A stretch of DNA of 57,375 nt from Nemertoderma westbladi. Taxonomy: Eukaryota; Animalia; Xenacoelomorpha. This document shows positions 33,651 through 45,715 of this stretch, piece by piece. The notes below the pieces were generated by a model that was not told the DNA's origin, made no database searches, and worked only from the letters and a program-made list of their open reading frames with translations. The position numbers and the translations under genes are program-made. Location of the stretch: assembly GCA_032718475.1 (NCBI GenBank), contig JAUCBJ010007350.1, positions 1 through 57,375 on the forward strand. The letters are read 5' to 3'. The number at the start of each line of letters is the position of its first letter. The stretch's first letter is position 1.

Positions 33651-34843
33651 TGTAAAAGCTTTTGTGGGATAACTGATACGTTTGCCTTTGCTGGCCAGTT
33701 CCCCCCCGGTCGCTAGAATACTCTCAAAGGGATTTATAACTAAAATAGTGCAAGCTACCAGCTTATTGGCTGATGTGCTGTGTGGAGATATCTGGGCTCA
33801 GTTTAATCGGCCAAACCAGCGTAGGGAGGTTGCCTAAGCCTTGCTGTCCGTGTCGGCCAATAGAATTTGCGTAGGCGTTGATTTCGACCTATCCCAGCGC
33901 TACTGAACTGAATTTCCTATCTCTATGCTCATCCTCTGTGTTGAACGGGGCTTCGTGGAATAAGAGTTTTGGTATACTCGTATAGTGGTAGTAGTCATAT
34001 GATTTTATATGATTCTGTTGTTATGTTTCCATTTTTTGCCATAACACCGGCTTTTTGGGAAGAACTCTAGTAAAACTGCTTAAATTATCGAAAGTATAAA
34101 CTGTTACCTCACTACCGATCAATCTAATCAATCAACCTACCTATTAATCATATTGTTTGTACTGTTATTTACCGTCAGTTATTAATTGTACCTATTTGTT
34201 GATGGAAATATTGCTATTTGGATAATACGGATAAATCACCCAAATTTCCCAATTTTCTTGATACACTACAGGTTAGAGAGACCGGCTATACATAACAATT
34301 GCGATTTATATTAATGTGGTGTGTATTGAATCTAATGTTATTTAGCAGACCCTACATGAGTCAATTACTGCTCTCTTTATGTGTGATCAAATATACTGAC
34401 GGTCGGCAGAATAGTGTGCATGATTGTGATTGGTAACAAAGTATTTCCTAAAGAATACGCTTTATACTTTAATCATAAGCAGTATCGTTGCGTTTAGTAT
34501 AAGTCCTAGTTCTGTTTAAATAAATAGAGCGCCACGTCCTAAAGGAACTGTTAATATTTCCCGAAAAGCCAATAATATCTGTCAGGAATTAATTATTAAC
34601 GATCTATCGAATAATACAATAAGTTTACGCTGCAACCTTACACTGCAATAATAAAATTTAAGCATCCGAATTCAGCCTCCCGGGTGTAGATCCATCGGGT
34701 GAATGATCGCGCATGGGCTGACTTCGGCTAATGTTTTGTGTATTAGCATAAATTGTTGTCGTATGCTAAAGGTGTTTTAATTAACTAAAAGACATATAAA
34801 TTTTGGCAGGTTAAACTGCTAAAGGTCTTCAAAAGCGCGAACA
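33651..34843 (+). repeat. 3' LTR
   Basis: Direct repeat of 18289-19481; preceded by a short purine-rich GGGAGCGG (PPT candidate). Confidence 0.97.
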
Positions 34844-35390
34844 TCGTCCTTTGACCGCCCTGCAGCCACTGCGTATCATATTATGCGATCCTCCTATCAC
34901 TCTGTTCTACTGTATTCTATCACCCCCATTAGCTATGAACCCCTTTTCTAATTCTACCGGTACAATTTACTTTCAGTTTCTCCGCTCTGGTTCAAAGCCT
35001 ACACCAGCTTACCAAACCTATCAGTTCTGTAGTTACCAGTATTATTTTCTCTATTCTAGTATCACATAGGTTGACTAGTTGATAGGCCTACAGTTACGTT
35101 ACAGTTGAATCTTTACATACATTGTATTGTCTTTGTTAGATTAAATAAAAGAATCACGATGTTATATGTGAAACCAACGTTGCGGTCGCTGCTGAGAACG
35201 TAGTTAAAGAGACTAAATATAATAACTAATAATAGTAAGTAACATATTATTAATACTGTAATATCTATAGCCGAATTATATTATTCTTACTGAAACAATC
35301 ATAAACTCTTAATTAATTTATAAACTAGATAGGGCCTAATTTATCTTCCCTTTAGGTTTAAACAGACGGAGGGTGTTTCGTTATGGATCA

Positions 35391-36297
35391 AACCCATGGG
35401 TTACCCGTTGGGTCTACGGGTTGGATGTAACCCATGCGTTACACGTTGGGTCTACGGGATGGATGTAACGGGTTACCCGCTGGGTCTACGGGTTGGGTGT
35501 AATCCATGGGATACTGGATGGGTCTACTGGTTGGATGTAACCCTTGGGTTACCCGTTTCGGGCCGTTTGCCCTACAGGTTGGATGTAACCATGGGTTACC
35601 GGTTGGGTCTACTGTTAGGATGTAACCCTTGGGTTACCCGCTGAGTCTACGGGTTGGATGTAACCCATGAGATAATCGATGGGTCTACGGGATGGATGTA
35701 ACGTGTTACCCGCTGGGTCTACTGGTTGGATGTAACCCATGGGTTACCCGTTGGGTCTACTGGTTGGATGTAAACCATGGGTTACCCGTTGGGTCTACTG
35801 TTTGGATGTAACCCTTGGGTTACCCGCTGGGTCTACGGGTTGGATGTAACCCATGAGATACTCGATGGGTCTACTGGTTGGATGTAACCCATGGGTTACC
35901 CGCTGGGTCTACTGGTTGGATGTAACCCATGGGTTACCCGTTGGGTCTACGGGTTGGATGTAACCCATGGGTTACCCGTTGGGTCTACTGGTTGTATGTA
36001 ACCCATGGGTTACCCGCTGGGTCTACTGGTTGGATGTAACCCATGGGTTACCCGTTGGGTCTACGGGTTGGATGTAACCCATGGGTTACCCGTTGGGTCT
36101 ACTGGTTGTATGTAACCCATGGGTTACCCGTTGGGTCTACGGGTTGGATGTAACCCATGGGTTACCCGTTGGGTCTACTGGTTGTATGTAACCCATGGGT
36201 TACCCGTTGGGTCTACGGGTTGGATGTAACCCACGGGTTACCCGTTTGGTCTACGGGTTTGATGTAACCCATGGGTTACCCGTTGGGTCTACGGGTT
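35391..36297 (+). repeat. 38-bp minisatellite containing the 16-bp palindrome GTAACCCATGGGTTAC
   Basis: Unit GTTGGATGTAACCCATGGGTTACCCGTTGGGTCTACGG, about 23 copies. Confidence 0.95.
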
Positions 36298-36510
36298 CCA
36301 TCTATCCTTTATGGGATTCCAACCGCGGTTCCTGGAACCGACGTTCCCAACGGAAGCCACACGACCTACGGCAGTGCCGTTCATTTGTTTATTGTAACTC
36401 AGAGGATATTATTAATTTGTTGTATATTATAATTATAATGTTAGTTACATTACCTACTGCGCTACTGTACAGTTTGTTACTTTGTGTGTTTCAGTTTCAT
36501 CTCGAATGTT

Positions 36511-37611
36511 TCACCCCTCTGGTTTCTGGCATTTCACCTTCATCTCAATAGTTTCAGTTTTTGTTTCCCATTCACTTGGGGGAGGTCCGCCAAACCACCA
36601 TCCTTTGATCCAATTAAACTCCTCGTTGTTGTAAACAGAAAGATCGCAGTTTCTTTCATTAGCAGATACACCGGTATTGGACTCATCGTAATAACTTGTA
36701 ATCTTTAGAGGATGCCTGTAAGCAGCACCCACAGTAAAGTTTCTGTATAAAACCGTCGCTGTACCACATTCAATCTTCATAAAACATTCCCTATCCTTTG
36801 TCAGATCACGCATATTAACCATGCCCAGGAAGTAACTTCCTTTGGAATCTCCGAATCCCATATTGTACTCGTCAACACCACCAGTGAAACTGGTGTTGGG
36901 GATACGTCTATAAAATATGATCCAATCGCGATCGCAACTTAGTTTCTTGTCGTTAGTGTTTGCATATTTGAGTTGACTTCCGAGATCAACGGTATATTGA
37001 TCGGATTCTGTCAGATTATCGCATATTTTAGGATCATAGGGATCGCATTCTCTTTTACTTCTATCGCAGTCGATAAACGACCGATAAAAGTCATTCTTCT
37101 CTGAGATTATCGTTGTTGTGGCTGAAACCTCACCAGTACTGGTACTGTCAGTGGTTGATATCTCTGTACCAGTGGTACTGTCGGTGGTTGATATCCCTGT
37201 ACCAGTGGTACTGTCGGTGGCTGATATATCTGTACCAGTGGTACTGTCGGTGGTTGATATCCCTGTACCAGTGGTACTATAGGTGATAGACTCCCCACCA
37301 ATAGCGGTGCCAGTAGTATTTGGGAATGTTGATGTAGATATCCCCAAATCCTTCACATTGGCTTGATTTACCAGCCAAAGAATCAACCCGATCACACCAG
37401 CTGCCGTCGCCACTGCCGCTAATACAATAAGGGCAATAATTATACGCCGTTTTTTCAGTCCGTTTGGCCGGCCTTAGTGCACAATTTTTGTAGCATTAGC
37501 AGAGTTGCTTGCAGCACCGATACATGCCGCTAGCTCTTCTACTGTCTCTATCGTGTATTTAAATGCATTTTTTTCGGTTCGGTGCAGACGGTGGACTGAG
37601 GTATCTACCAT
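36511..37611 (-). pseudogene. Intronless type-II membrane protein with Thr/Ser stalk and divergent fibrinogen-related domain; in-frame stop near the N-terminus
   Basis: ATG at 37611 is in frame with ORF 36511..37413 except for TAA at 37476-37474; KKRR followed by hydrophobic IIIALIVLAAVATAAGVIGLILWLV; TTGTxISTTDS repeats; WIIFYRR, EYNMGFGD..GSYFLG, Y.NF.VG, GWWF, IEMKV motifs. Confidence 0.75.
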
Positions 37612-37984
37612 ACGATACACCAGTGCCGTATATTTAATCACAGAATCAAAAAATAATGTTTGGTATTTTAAATTTTATTACCGGTACCGGTATGTAGCTT
37701 ATTTTATAAGGTTAATAGCTAGCTAGTGTTTTTTATAGTTGCCAACATTTTTAGTTGTGGTGAAAAGGGCTAATTTGGTTTTTACAAAAATATTCTACAA
37801 TAAAAGCAAAAAATGTACCGGTACCAAAAATAAAATAAATAAAAACTGTTTTTTCTTCATAATATTTTTTTAATTGTTTGTTTTTTGAAAAATAATAAGC
37901 TTAGCTTACTGTAGCTATCTTAAAAAATATTTAGGCTACAGGTACCATAAAAATTAATAACTATGTAGAATGTTTCACAAAAAG

Positions 37985-38284
37985 TTAACATAAAAAAATT
38001 GTTGGGCACCAAGACATACCAATAGTAGATCGCCGTTTCTTTTTAGTAGAAGGTGGATCTTCCTCCAGTTGACCCTGTGATTCTTCCTTACTATCCCTAA
38101 AATTGTTTTTGAATAGGCTCGCGGTCCATTTCCGTTCAATATCCCACGGCCTTGCCAGGTTTCGAAACCTGTTCTTTTTCGGTTCAAAACCTGGCTTTGG
38201 AATCTCTGGAGGACAGGTAACGTTGATGTTACATTGATGTAGATCATAAAACTCATCAACACTGCTGTTTTTTTTCAGTGACAT
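37985..38284 (-). CDS. Hypothetical 99-aa protein
   Basis: ATG-initiated ORF in AT-rich flanks, with LARPW and KKKRR motifs; no family recognised. Confidence 0.3.
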   Translation of the reverse strand: MSLKKNSSVDEFYDLHQCNINVTCPPEIPKPGFEPKKNRFRNLARPWDIERKWTASLFKNNFRDSKEESQGQLEEDPPSTKKKRRSTIGMSWCPTIFLC

Positions 38285-38859
38285 GATTGTTCTTAATTAA
38301 AATTTGCTCTGTGCAGAAATTTTAAATCAGAAATTTGTTCTAGAATATCACTTATCCTTGGATACGAATATAGAATTAATTATTACTAAAAAAAAACAGT
38401 TAGTTAGTTAGACAATTTTGTGAAAAGTAGCGTTATGTAGTTTTTAAGCGTTATGACTTGAGTTTATTTATATACCGAGCGAGCGCAGTGGGGGAAGTTT
38501 ACATAAAAATTTATATGAACAATATGGTCCACTTCAGACCTTCAACCATTTTCAAAGAATAATGTAAGCCCTACTACTACAGTATACCACATAGTTCGTC
38601 TTTGTGAACAAGGCGATCGGTCCGCAGTCATCCAGTCCGCCTTTAAAGGGCGAAATATTTGATAAATGTAAACCTTTACCGTTTCCTTTATTTGAGTCTG
38701 TTTAAGCTTTACTTTAATGTAGGCCTACTGTACTATGTCGTAAACTGGCTGCTTCTCTAAACGATTCTAAAATTAAAAACGTGAGTTTCTGATTAGATTT
38801 TAGCACAAACTTGGAGTTAGCTTTGTGCACCATGTTCTGGAATATATACACTAGTCGTA

Positions 38860-39180
38860 ATTCAGTAACACGGCCCCCCACCCCTAATTTTTCTACAAAT
38901 CTTAATGAGATTGCATGAAATTTGAAACAGAGATAGTTTCACCTCCCTCCTCCTTGCTGGGTTAGCCAGAATTTTTATTTTCGCTTTCATTCTTAGCTAC
39001 AGGCGTTTGATAAAAGTGTCTCCGGCGATATTGCCCCAATAGTACTGCAGTTATTCTTCAACCTTATAGTGAGGAAAGCTGACCGTTCAAGGATTCCAAA
39101 TATGTACAAATATTTGAATTTGGTTGGGAAATAGCTGAGATATGGGCATTCGAATTTTGCATGTATTTGCTTCCGCTGCA
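38860..39180 (+). repeat. Dispersed repeat (probable DNA transposon end); second copy at ~49173-49380
   Basis: ATTCAGT(A/G)ACACG..CCCCTAATTTTT..ACAAATCTTAATGAGATTGCATGAAATTTG...GATAGTTTCACCTCCC is shared over ~200 bp. Confidence 0.75.
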
Positions 39181-39181
39181 G

Positions 39182-39253
39182 GCAAGGACTTCTAGAACAT
39201 AGTATATATTCTATATATATATTCAATATATACTATGTTCTAGAAGTCCTTGC
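39182..39253. repeat. Perfect 29-bp inverted repeat (hairpin)
   Basis: GCAAGGACTTCTAGAACATAGTATATATT (39182-39210) / AATATATACTATGTTCTAGAAGTCCTTGC (39225-39253). Confidence 0.9.
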
Positions 39254-39421
39254 TGCAGGCCGTTTATTCTATTTAATAAATGCTTAACATTCTGGAACAT
39301 TTTCTTTTATCTCATAAGTAGCTTGGCAACAATGCAATGCCTACATGATAATACTAGTATATTGATATTATTACATAAACAAAATGCTCTAGAACACAGG
39401 AATATAGAACATTGGTACACA

Positions 39422-39807
39422 TGTAGTCTATAAAAAGTTTAGAAATTATACAGACAGACACGTCTATAGCCTCTCCGTTCTTCCCCCATGTTCCTATACT
39501 CAACCCACACTTATTTCACTCCACTCACTTCTGACGAACCTGACCCTCCCCTTTTGTGCCGTTGCACACAAGAAGTGTGATTCGTCTACTGTCCCGTGCT
39601 CCTAGTATAGTCAATTGGTCCCCAGTCCCAGTAGCTGGTTGGAAAAGGTTATATGACTATAGTACTTACTTTGATTATATTGATTCTAATTATATTCTAC
39701 TGATTATTACATACGTACATACTAATTGCACTTTATTAAATTTACACTTAGGAGTTCGTATTACCTCACATGTGGTGCCTCCCAGGCATCCCCACATCTC
39801 CCCCTCT
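39422..39807 (-). mobile_element. Polypurine tract and candidate 3' LTR of a second, truncated LTR element
   Basis: Minus strand reads stop-AACTT-AGAGGGGGAGA-TGTGGGG, with TG at 39796. The distal end (...CTACA at 39422) is a guess; no partner LTR in the window. Confidence 0.5.
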
Positions 39808-39812
39808 AAGTT

Positions 39813-41412
39813 CTAGTTCGCTCCTCCCGTCTTCGGGAACCATCTCAGTTCCTTCCCTCTATCGTCGTCCTGCCTAGGTTGCTTCCTTCCCTCTGGCTTG
39901 TCTTCTTTGAGACTCCTCATTCTCGCCGTTACCGCCTTACTAATTCCCGTGGTCGATTCTTTGGGCGCTGGTGTTTTTAGCTCCTGGTAACGCTTCGCAG
40001 GTGGCCCTTCCGAATGCCCCTCCTGCTTCCCCCTAGTAGCGTCCCACAAGATCATCTTCATGGTTGCGGCACATGCTCCGCCAGGAAATCTCTGTACTCT
40101 CCTCTGTTCTCCGGCACCCATCTATCCAAATACCTCTCCATATTGATGACCCCACCATACGATGCCGCCATCGCTACTTCTTGGTATGTAAACGGAAGTC
40201 TCCTCTTAATAATTTCCAGATGGGCCTCCTGGTTGATATTGAAGAAACCCCACTGGAACTCCTGGGCCTTCATTCTTTGTCGCGTCATGACGCCGATGTC
40301 GGCCCACTCCTCGAAGATCTTAAATTTCTCCTCGTCGTCCATCCAGTCGCACTGGCGCCCATAGTGCCCTCGGAAGTTACACTTGGAGCACCGGTTGTGC
40401 AACCTCGGACACGCCCCCATTCTATGACTCGACTCGCGGCAGTAGAGGCAACTCGTCCCCTTCTAGAATCGATACAAACAGCTATTTCCTGGTGAGTAAG
40501 CCTCCCGCAGTAATTGCAGCCGTGTATCAACACATCCCGCCCCAAGTTGTCTTTTGCCCCAAGTGGTCTCCTAGGTCTATGGAGCCGTTGGTAAGCAAAC
40601 TTCTGGACGTTAACGTCTCTATCCATGTCTACGTCCTCGTCTCGCCTCGGCATCGTCTCTCCAAACACTACTCGTGGTGCCGTTCCCGGTTGCTCGCCCA
40701 ACCTGATGGTGCTCCCTGCGAAATCCATCGCCGGCTCCTCATGCACCCAGGTCCGCTTGCCGGGTTTATCCCAGAAGGCCCTCACCCCGTTGGCCATCAC
40801 CACTCTCCCGCCAACCCAGTCCGTGTCTGAGTGGCCGATCCTCTCGATGGGCGGCATCTCCCCGAACTCGTCGTCATCCTCATCCCCCGCTGGGAGTGGA
40901 TCCACACCCGGTATCCCGGCAGACCCACTGTGTCCCTTCCCACCTTGGTTCTTGCCCGTAACTTTCCATCCTTCCAGTTCCCTCGGTCTCTTCCTCGCGA
41001 AATCACCCTCAGAGCCCGCTGGCATGGGCATCGCTTGCAATCCTGATGTTGACTGTTTCGGCGATTCTTCCGTCCATCCTAACTCCTCCCCCAGAAACTC
41101 GCCCGAGCTCCCTGATCCCCACCGTAACTCGACCAAGTTCTGGGCCTCGAACCCGTAGTCCTCTCCTCTAGCTTCCTCCTCTCTTTTGTCTGCCTCCCTC
41201 CTTTCTCGTCTGGCGACTTCTTCCAGTCGCTTCTCCTCTAGTCTATCCGCCTCCAGCTTCTCCCACCACTGATATGGTGTGTCCACCTCCCTGTCTACTA
41301 GATGCCGGCAGTTGTAGTATACCGACTCGCCCTTCAGCCCCGGGTGGTCTGCCAGACCTTCGAAGGCCACCTTGAAGGCTTGAAGGAAGTATCGTCCCGT
41401 GCTGTTACCCAC
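39813..41412 (-). pseudogene. Frameshifted homolog of the BEL accessory Zn-knuckle ORF
   Basis: CNYCGRLTHQEIAVC, then after a frameshift near 40465 CLYCRESSHRMGAC-PRLHNR-CSKCNFRGHYGRQC; DEDVDMDRDVNVQKFAYQR resembles TDDVDTEREMVLFKYHTQR; LQAF near both N-termini. Confidence 0.75.
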
Positions 41413-41492
41413 CTCCTACCGTTAGCGATTCCCCCCCCCCCCCCCCCCCCCCACCCCCATTCATGTTACCCCCCACCCACCAAACACAACAC

Positions 41493-41908
41493 AACTGCTG
41501 AGGACACCAAATCTCTGGATGGCACATTCACAAGAATGCTACGCCGGGTTCATTGTGTCAAGTACAATGCACACATCTCCAACCAGACACTATATAACAT
41601 TGGAGGTGTCTCATTGGTTCCCCCAAGCTGGACACTAGAACAAAATCGCCTCCGCTTTGCAGGACATTGCTTTCGCCGTGAGGACCAACCAGTGCATAAT
41701 CTTGTACTTTGGCAGCCTCATGAAGTGAATAAGCATGGTGGACAGCCCATGACTTTCTTGAGACGCATCTTAAAGGACACTGGCCTTGAAGATGCGGATG
41801 ATCTAGCAAATGTCATGGGTGATAGGGAGTTGTGGCGGTGCAATTTTGTCGATAAGCCGGCACAGCATTCTTAAAAATGCAGCTGCAATGCAGCATGCCG
41901 ATCCTAGT
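41493..41908 (+). mobile_element. Short 3' copy of the RTE-group LINE
   Basis: Near-identical to 16215-16631; short TAGT tail; imperfect TSD ACCAAACACA(AC/T)ACAA. Confidence 0.93.
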
Positions 41909-43426
41909 ACCAAACACATACAATATTTCAAAATGTTTCAATCTAGATTACTGATAAGCAAAAACATACTATTATTTTTTTCTCCAAAACAATAAACAGA
42001 TGTTACCAATTTGGGGAAAAGAGCAAGTTATTGAGACGGTAAAAATAAGCAATGATGGTATCAAATGAGGGAAATGAGTAATAATACAGTTATATACATG
42101 GGCTAACAGGAATGGGGGGGGGGGGGGGGGGGGGGTAACATTACTGAGTCTTGAGCGCGACAACATTTATAACAATGACCCATCTTGAAAGTCAAATCAT
42201 TGGCCTAACGAAACAGGTAACAGGTAGCAACAGTCAAATACCAAATAGTAATAGTGATAGTAATACCAACGACTATTCGACATGCTTATCGAATTATAAT
42301 TAAATTGTTGTTCATTGCCGGTTACCCTATGGATTCAGTAAATTAGTTTGGTAGACCTTCAAACGTGGGAATCTCGAAACGGTATGTACTACGGATCCTG
42401 GACCTTCCCCGGGACAAATTGGCTACTACTTGCTGGAATTAACTATTGTTTTATGTGACATTTTAATGCCGTGTAAAGCCATCTAATCATGTTTTACATC
42501 CAATCACATTACAGTTACATTTTAGGTGTCGGACGTTTGTCAAACAAAGGTGCATATTCTGGGCTTCTGTACATGCCTGTTGCCAAGAGCAACAACCAAT
42601 AGCAGAGGCTTTCAGTTCGGCACTTCAATAACTTCCACAAAACCAACTCTATTTGATTGGCCGTGTTAATAGAAAGAAAATTGTGAAAAAAAGTGTCGGA
42701 CGTTTGTGAAATTTACAAGAGTTTATTTAACACCAAATTTTCTTTACATGAAAGTATGCACTACCACTTTGTAATAGCTTAATTGATGCAGTAATAGATA
42801 ACCTTGATATTGATACCGAAAACATCAATTTATTCCGTGTACTTTTGAAATTATGACGGATCATAAACTTACTTAATTTTGAAGAATTATCTCAAAAAAA
42901 GAGACAGTCTCATTCATTTTACTAAATCTGTACAAACGGCCCTAGTGATGACTTTTAAATATAATATTCATAATCTATGATAAAAACGGCACCAGAAAGT
43001 GTATTCAGTGATAACAAATTATGCATTTTATTTTTTAACGTTTTTGCCCGTTTCTTATGGAATTAACCATATGTCACTTGTTAGCTGAGATTAGCAACTT
43101 AATAAAAATTAAAATCAGGTTAAATAAAAAAATAAGTAAATAAATAAAAATTGAAAATACGTTGACAATTGAACGATAAGTCTACAAACTAGATAAATAA
43201 AATATAATTAAATTAAAAATAACGTGCCAATATTTAAGAATTGTAGATAAAACTATACATAAATAAAATATCATTGCATGAAAATCCGTATCTCATTGTT
43301 TATTAGATATCTAATAGCACTTGAAGCGACAGAGTTTTGAAACATCTTGGTCCGTGTATCAGGCATTCCTGCATTCTGTAATTAATGCGAGTTGCGGTGG
43401 AGTTTGATCGGCAACCAATAATGACC

Positions 43427-45715
43427 ATAGATAGATAGATAGATTTATTTATACATTATGTAAAAACAATAACAAATACACCAAACAATGTACCGGTATA
43501 AAGGTATTGTCCAACATAACATATAGGATTACCCCTAAAGCTTTGCAGCTTATTTCCAAGGGGGTCCTTTATGTTACTTGGTTACAAATACAATATTACA
43601 CTACGCTAACCTAAAACCAATATAAAACGTAATTACACTATGTACATGTACAACTTTACCGAGAGCGTGATAATGTCCGACTCAACGATAAAGATGTAAT
43701 GTACAGAACAATTTATTATAAAACGTAATTACAGTATAAATAGTAAATAATTAATAAACTAATAACTTACTGTAGGACTATTGTACCTATTTTTACATTG
43801 CACACGGAGGTGAGATTTAACTGCAGATTTAAAAGAATGTTGATTATTTAGGTTTTTAATTTCATTAGGCAGAGCGTTCCAATTTTTTATGCCGTTAAAA
43901 AAGAAAGTATCAGATTCAAAGGATTTACAATTCGGGAGGTAGAAGTTTGAAGCACTAGCTCTGGTACTGTAAGAGTGTGTATCGCGTACTCTGTTGAATT
44001 TTTGTTTTAGGTAATTGGGACATTTACCATTATACACTTTATGCACATGGTTAAGGCGTAGCTGCTTAACTCTACTATCTAAGTTAAGTAGTCCAGATTC
44101 AGAAAAGTCATCTGGAGTTAGGTGGTGCCTAGGTTTGTAGTCTAATAAATCGTACTACTTTATTCTGAGCTACTTGTAATTTACATTTAAGCTGTTTGGT
44201 TAAGCCTTCATACCAAGAAGAGCATGCATAGTCCATGTGACACTGTATTAACGAAGAGCAAAGTAACTTGCGGGAGTCGGTGTTTAAACTATTTTTATTT
44301 CTGTATAGAAACCTAAGCCTACTGTTAACTTTCGAGAAAATATTTTTCACTGTACTTTCTCCTGATAAGCAGTTATCCAATGTGGCGCCTAAATATTTAA
44401 CTTCCTTTTTATTTTCAATCTTATGTCCATTACTAGTGACTTCAAACTTAGTTACCTTCTTTAACTTTCTTTTGGAACCAAACAAAATACTTTCAGTCTT
44501 ACCGTAGTGAATGGATAGCTTATTATCAACCAACCACTCATTACAGGATTCTAGAACTGCACTTAACTTTTGGGAAATATGGATAGGATCTTTATGAGAG
44601 AAAATAAGAGCACTGTCGTCGGCATATAAAATGAGTTTAAAATCGGGATCTATACTACTTATCATATCATTTACATAGCATACAAAAAGCAGAGGACCTA
44701 ATATACTACCTTGCGGTACACCACAGGTAATCTCTTGTACAGTAGACAGCGATTTGCTAATGACTACAGTTTGACCTCTGTCTGACAGGTAGGACTTGAA
44801 CCAGTCTATAGAACCTACACCCATCAGGCCTAACTTACCAAGCAGAATTTCGTGATCTACAGTATCGAAAGCCTTTTGTAGGTCCAACATTACCATACCA
44901 GTATATAAACCCTTTGCGTTATTACATCTAATTGTATCAGTTAAGTTAATAAGGCAGGTGTCTGTAGAATATGATTTACGAAAACCGGACTGATCAGATT
45001 TAGCCTACTAAGATGTGCCTCCAGCTGTAGAAAAACAGAACGTTCTAGAATTTTAGATACAATACTTAAGATACAAACAGGTCTGTAATTACAGGGTTCT
45101 ACTTTACTATTCTTTTTATACAGAGGAACAACCTTAGCTAATTTCAGTTCGTCTGGTACTACATTATCTACGATAGAGTAATTAATAATAAAAGTAATAG
45201 GCACTTTAAGTACTTCAGCACCATCCTTAAGAAAACGGGCAGGTATTAGATCTAGACCGGTACTTTTTGAGGCTGATAGGCTAAGTAGATTTTTAAAAAC
45301 GAAATCCTCAGAAACGGGTTTTAAAAATAACTTTTCTGAATTTTGTAACTTTTCTAAATAAAAATTATTTAGAGTTTCGGACCCTATACTATATTTATTA
45401 CTTGGTAACGGTAACTTCTTAACTAAATTAGAGGCAACATTAGTAAAATAATTTTTAAATAAATTACTAACTAGAGTATGATCATGAATCAGCTCACCGT
45501 TATCTTGCAGAACAATATTCGATTTAGATTTAAGCTTTTTGGATTATCTTTATTCTCACTTATTTTGTTGTACAAATATTCAGATTTCGCTTTTTTTATT
45601 TCCCGTTGGACAAGGTTTCTATATTTGCAGTAATTATTATAATCAGCTAAAACAAGGTATTTCCTAAATTTATACAAATAGTTATCTCTTTCTCTGATAT
45701 TACTAAGAATACATT
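43427..45715 (-). mobile_element. 5'-truncated, frameshifted CR1-group (L2/Crack/Daphne-like) LINE
   Basis: RT fragments 45489-45677, 44941-45204 (KVVPLYKK, NYRPV), 44129-44896 ([32 protein letters not shown]) and 43759-44046 (WNALP); 3' end AAATAAA(TCTA)n. Confidence 0.92.

Larger units (their letters stand above)
18289..34843 (+). mobile_element. Full-length BEL/Pao LTR retrotransposon (16,555 bp including a nested MITE)
   Basis: Two 1193-bp LTRs (TG...CA); 5-bp TSD TCGTC at 18284-18288 and 34844-34848; BEL-type gag and RT-RNaseH-integrase order. Confidence 0.97.

Noticed and set aside
41302-41874. 190-aa ORF as a chimeric gene
   Set aside because: Chance fusion of antisense LTR-element sequence, a poly-C tract and a LINE 3' fragment.
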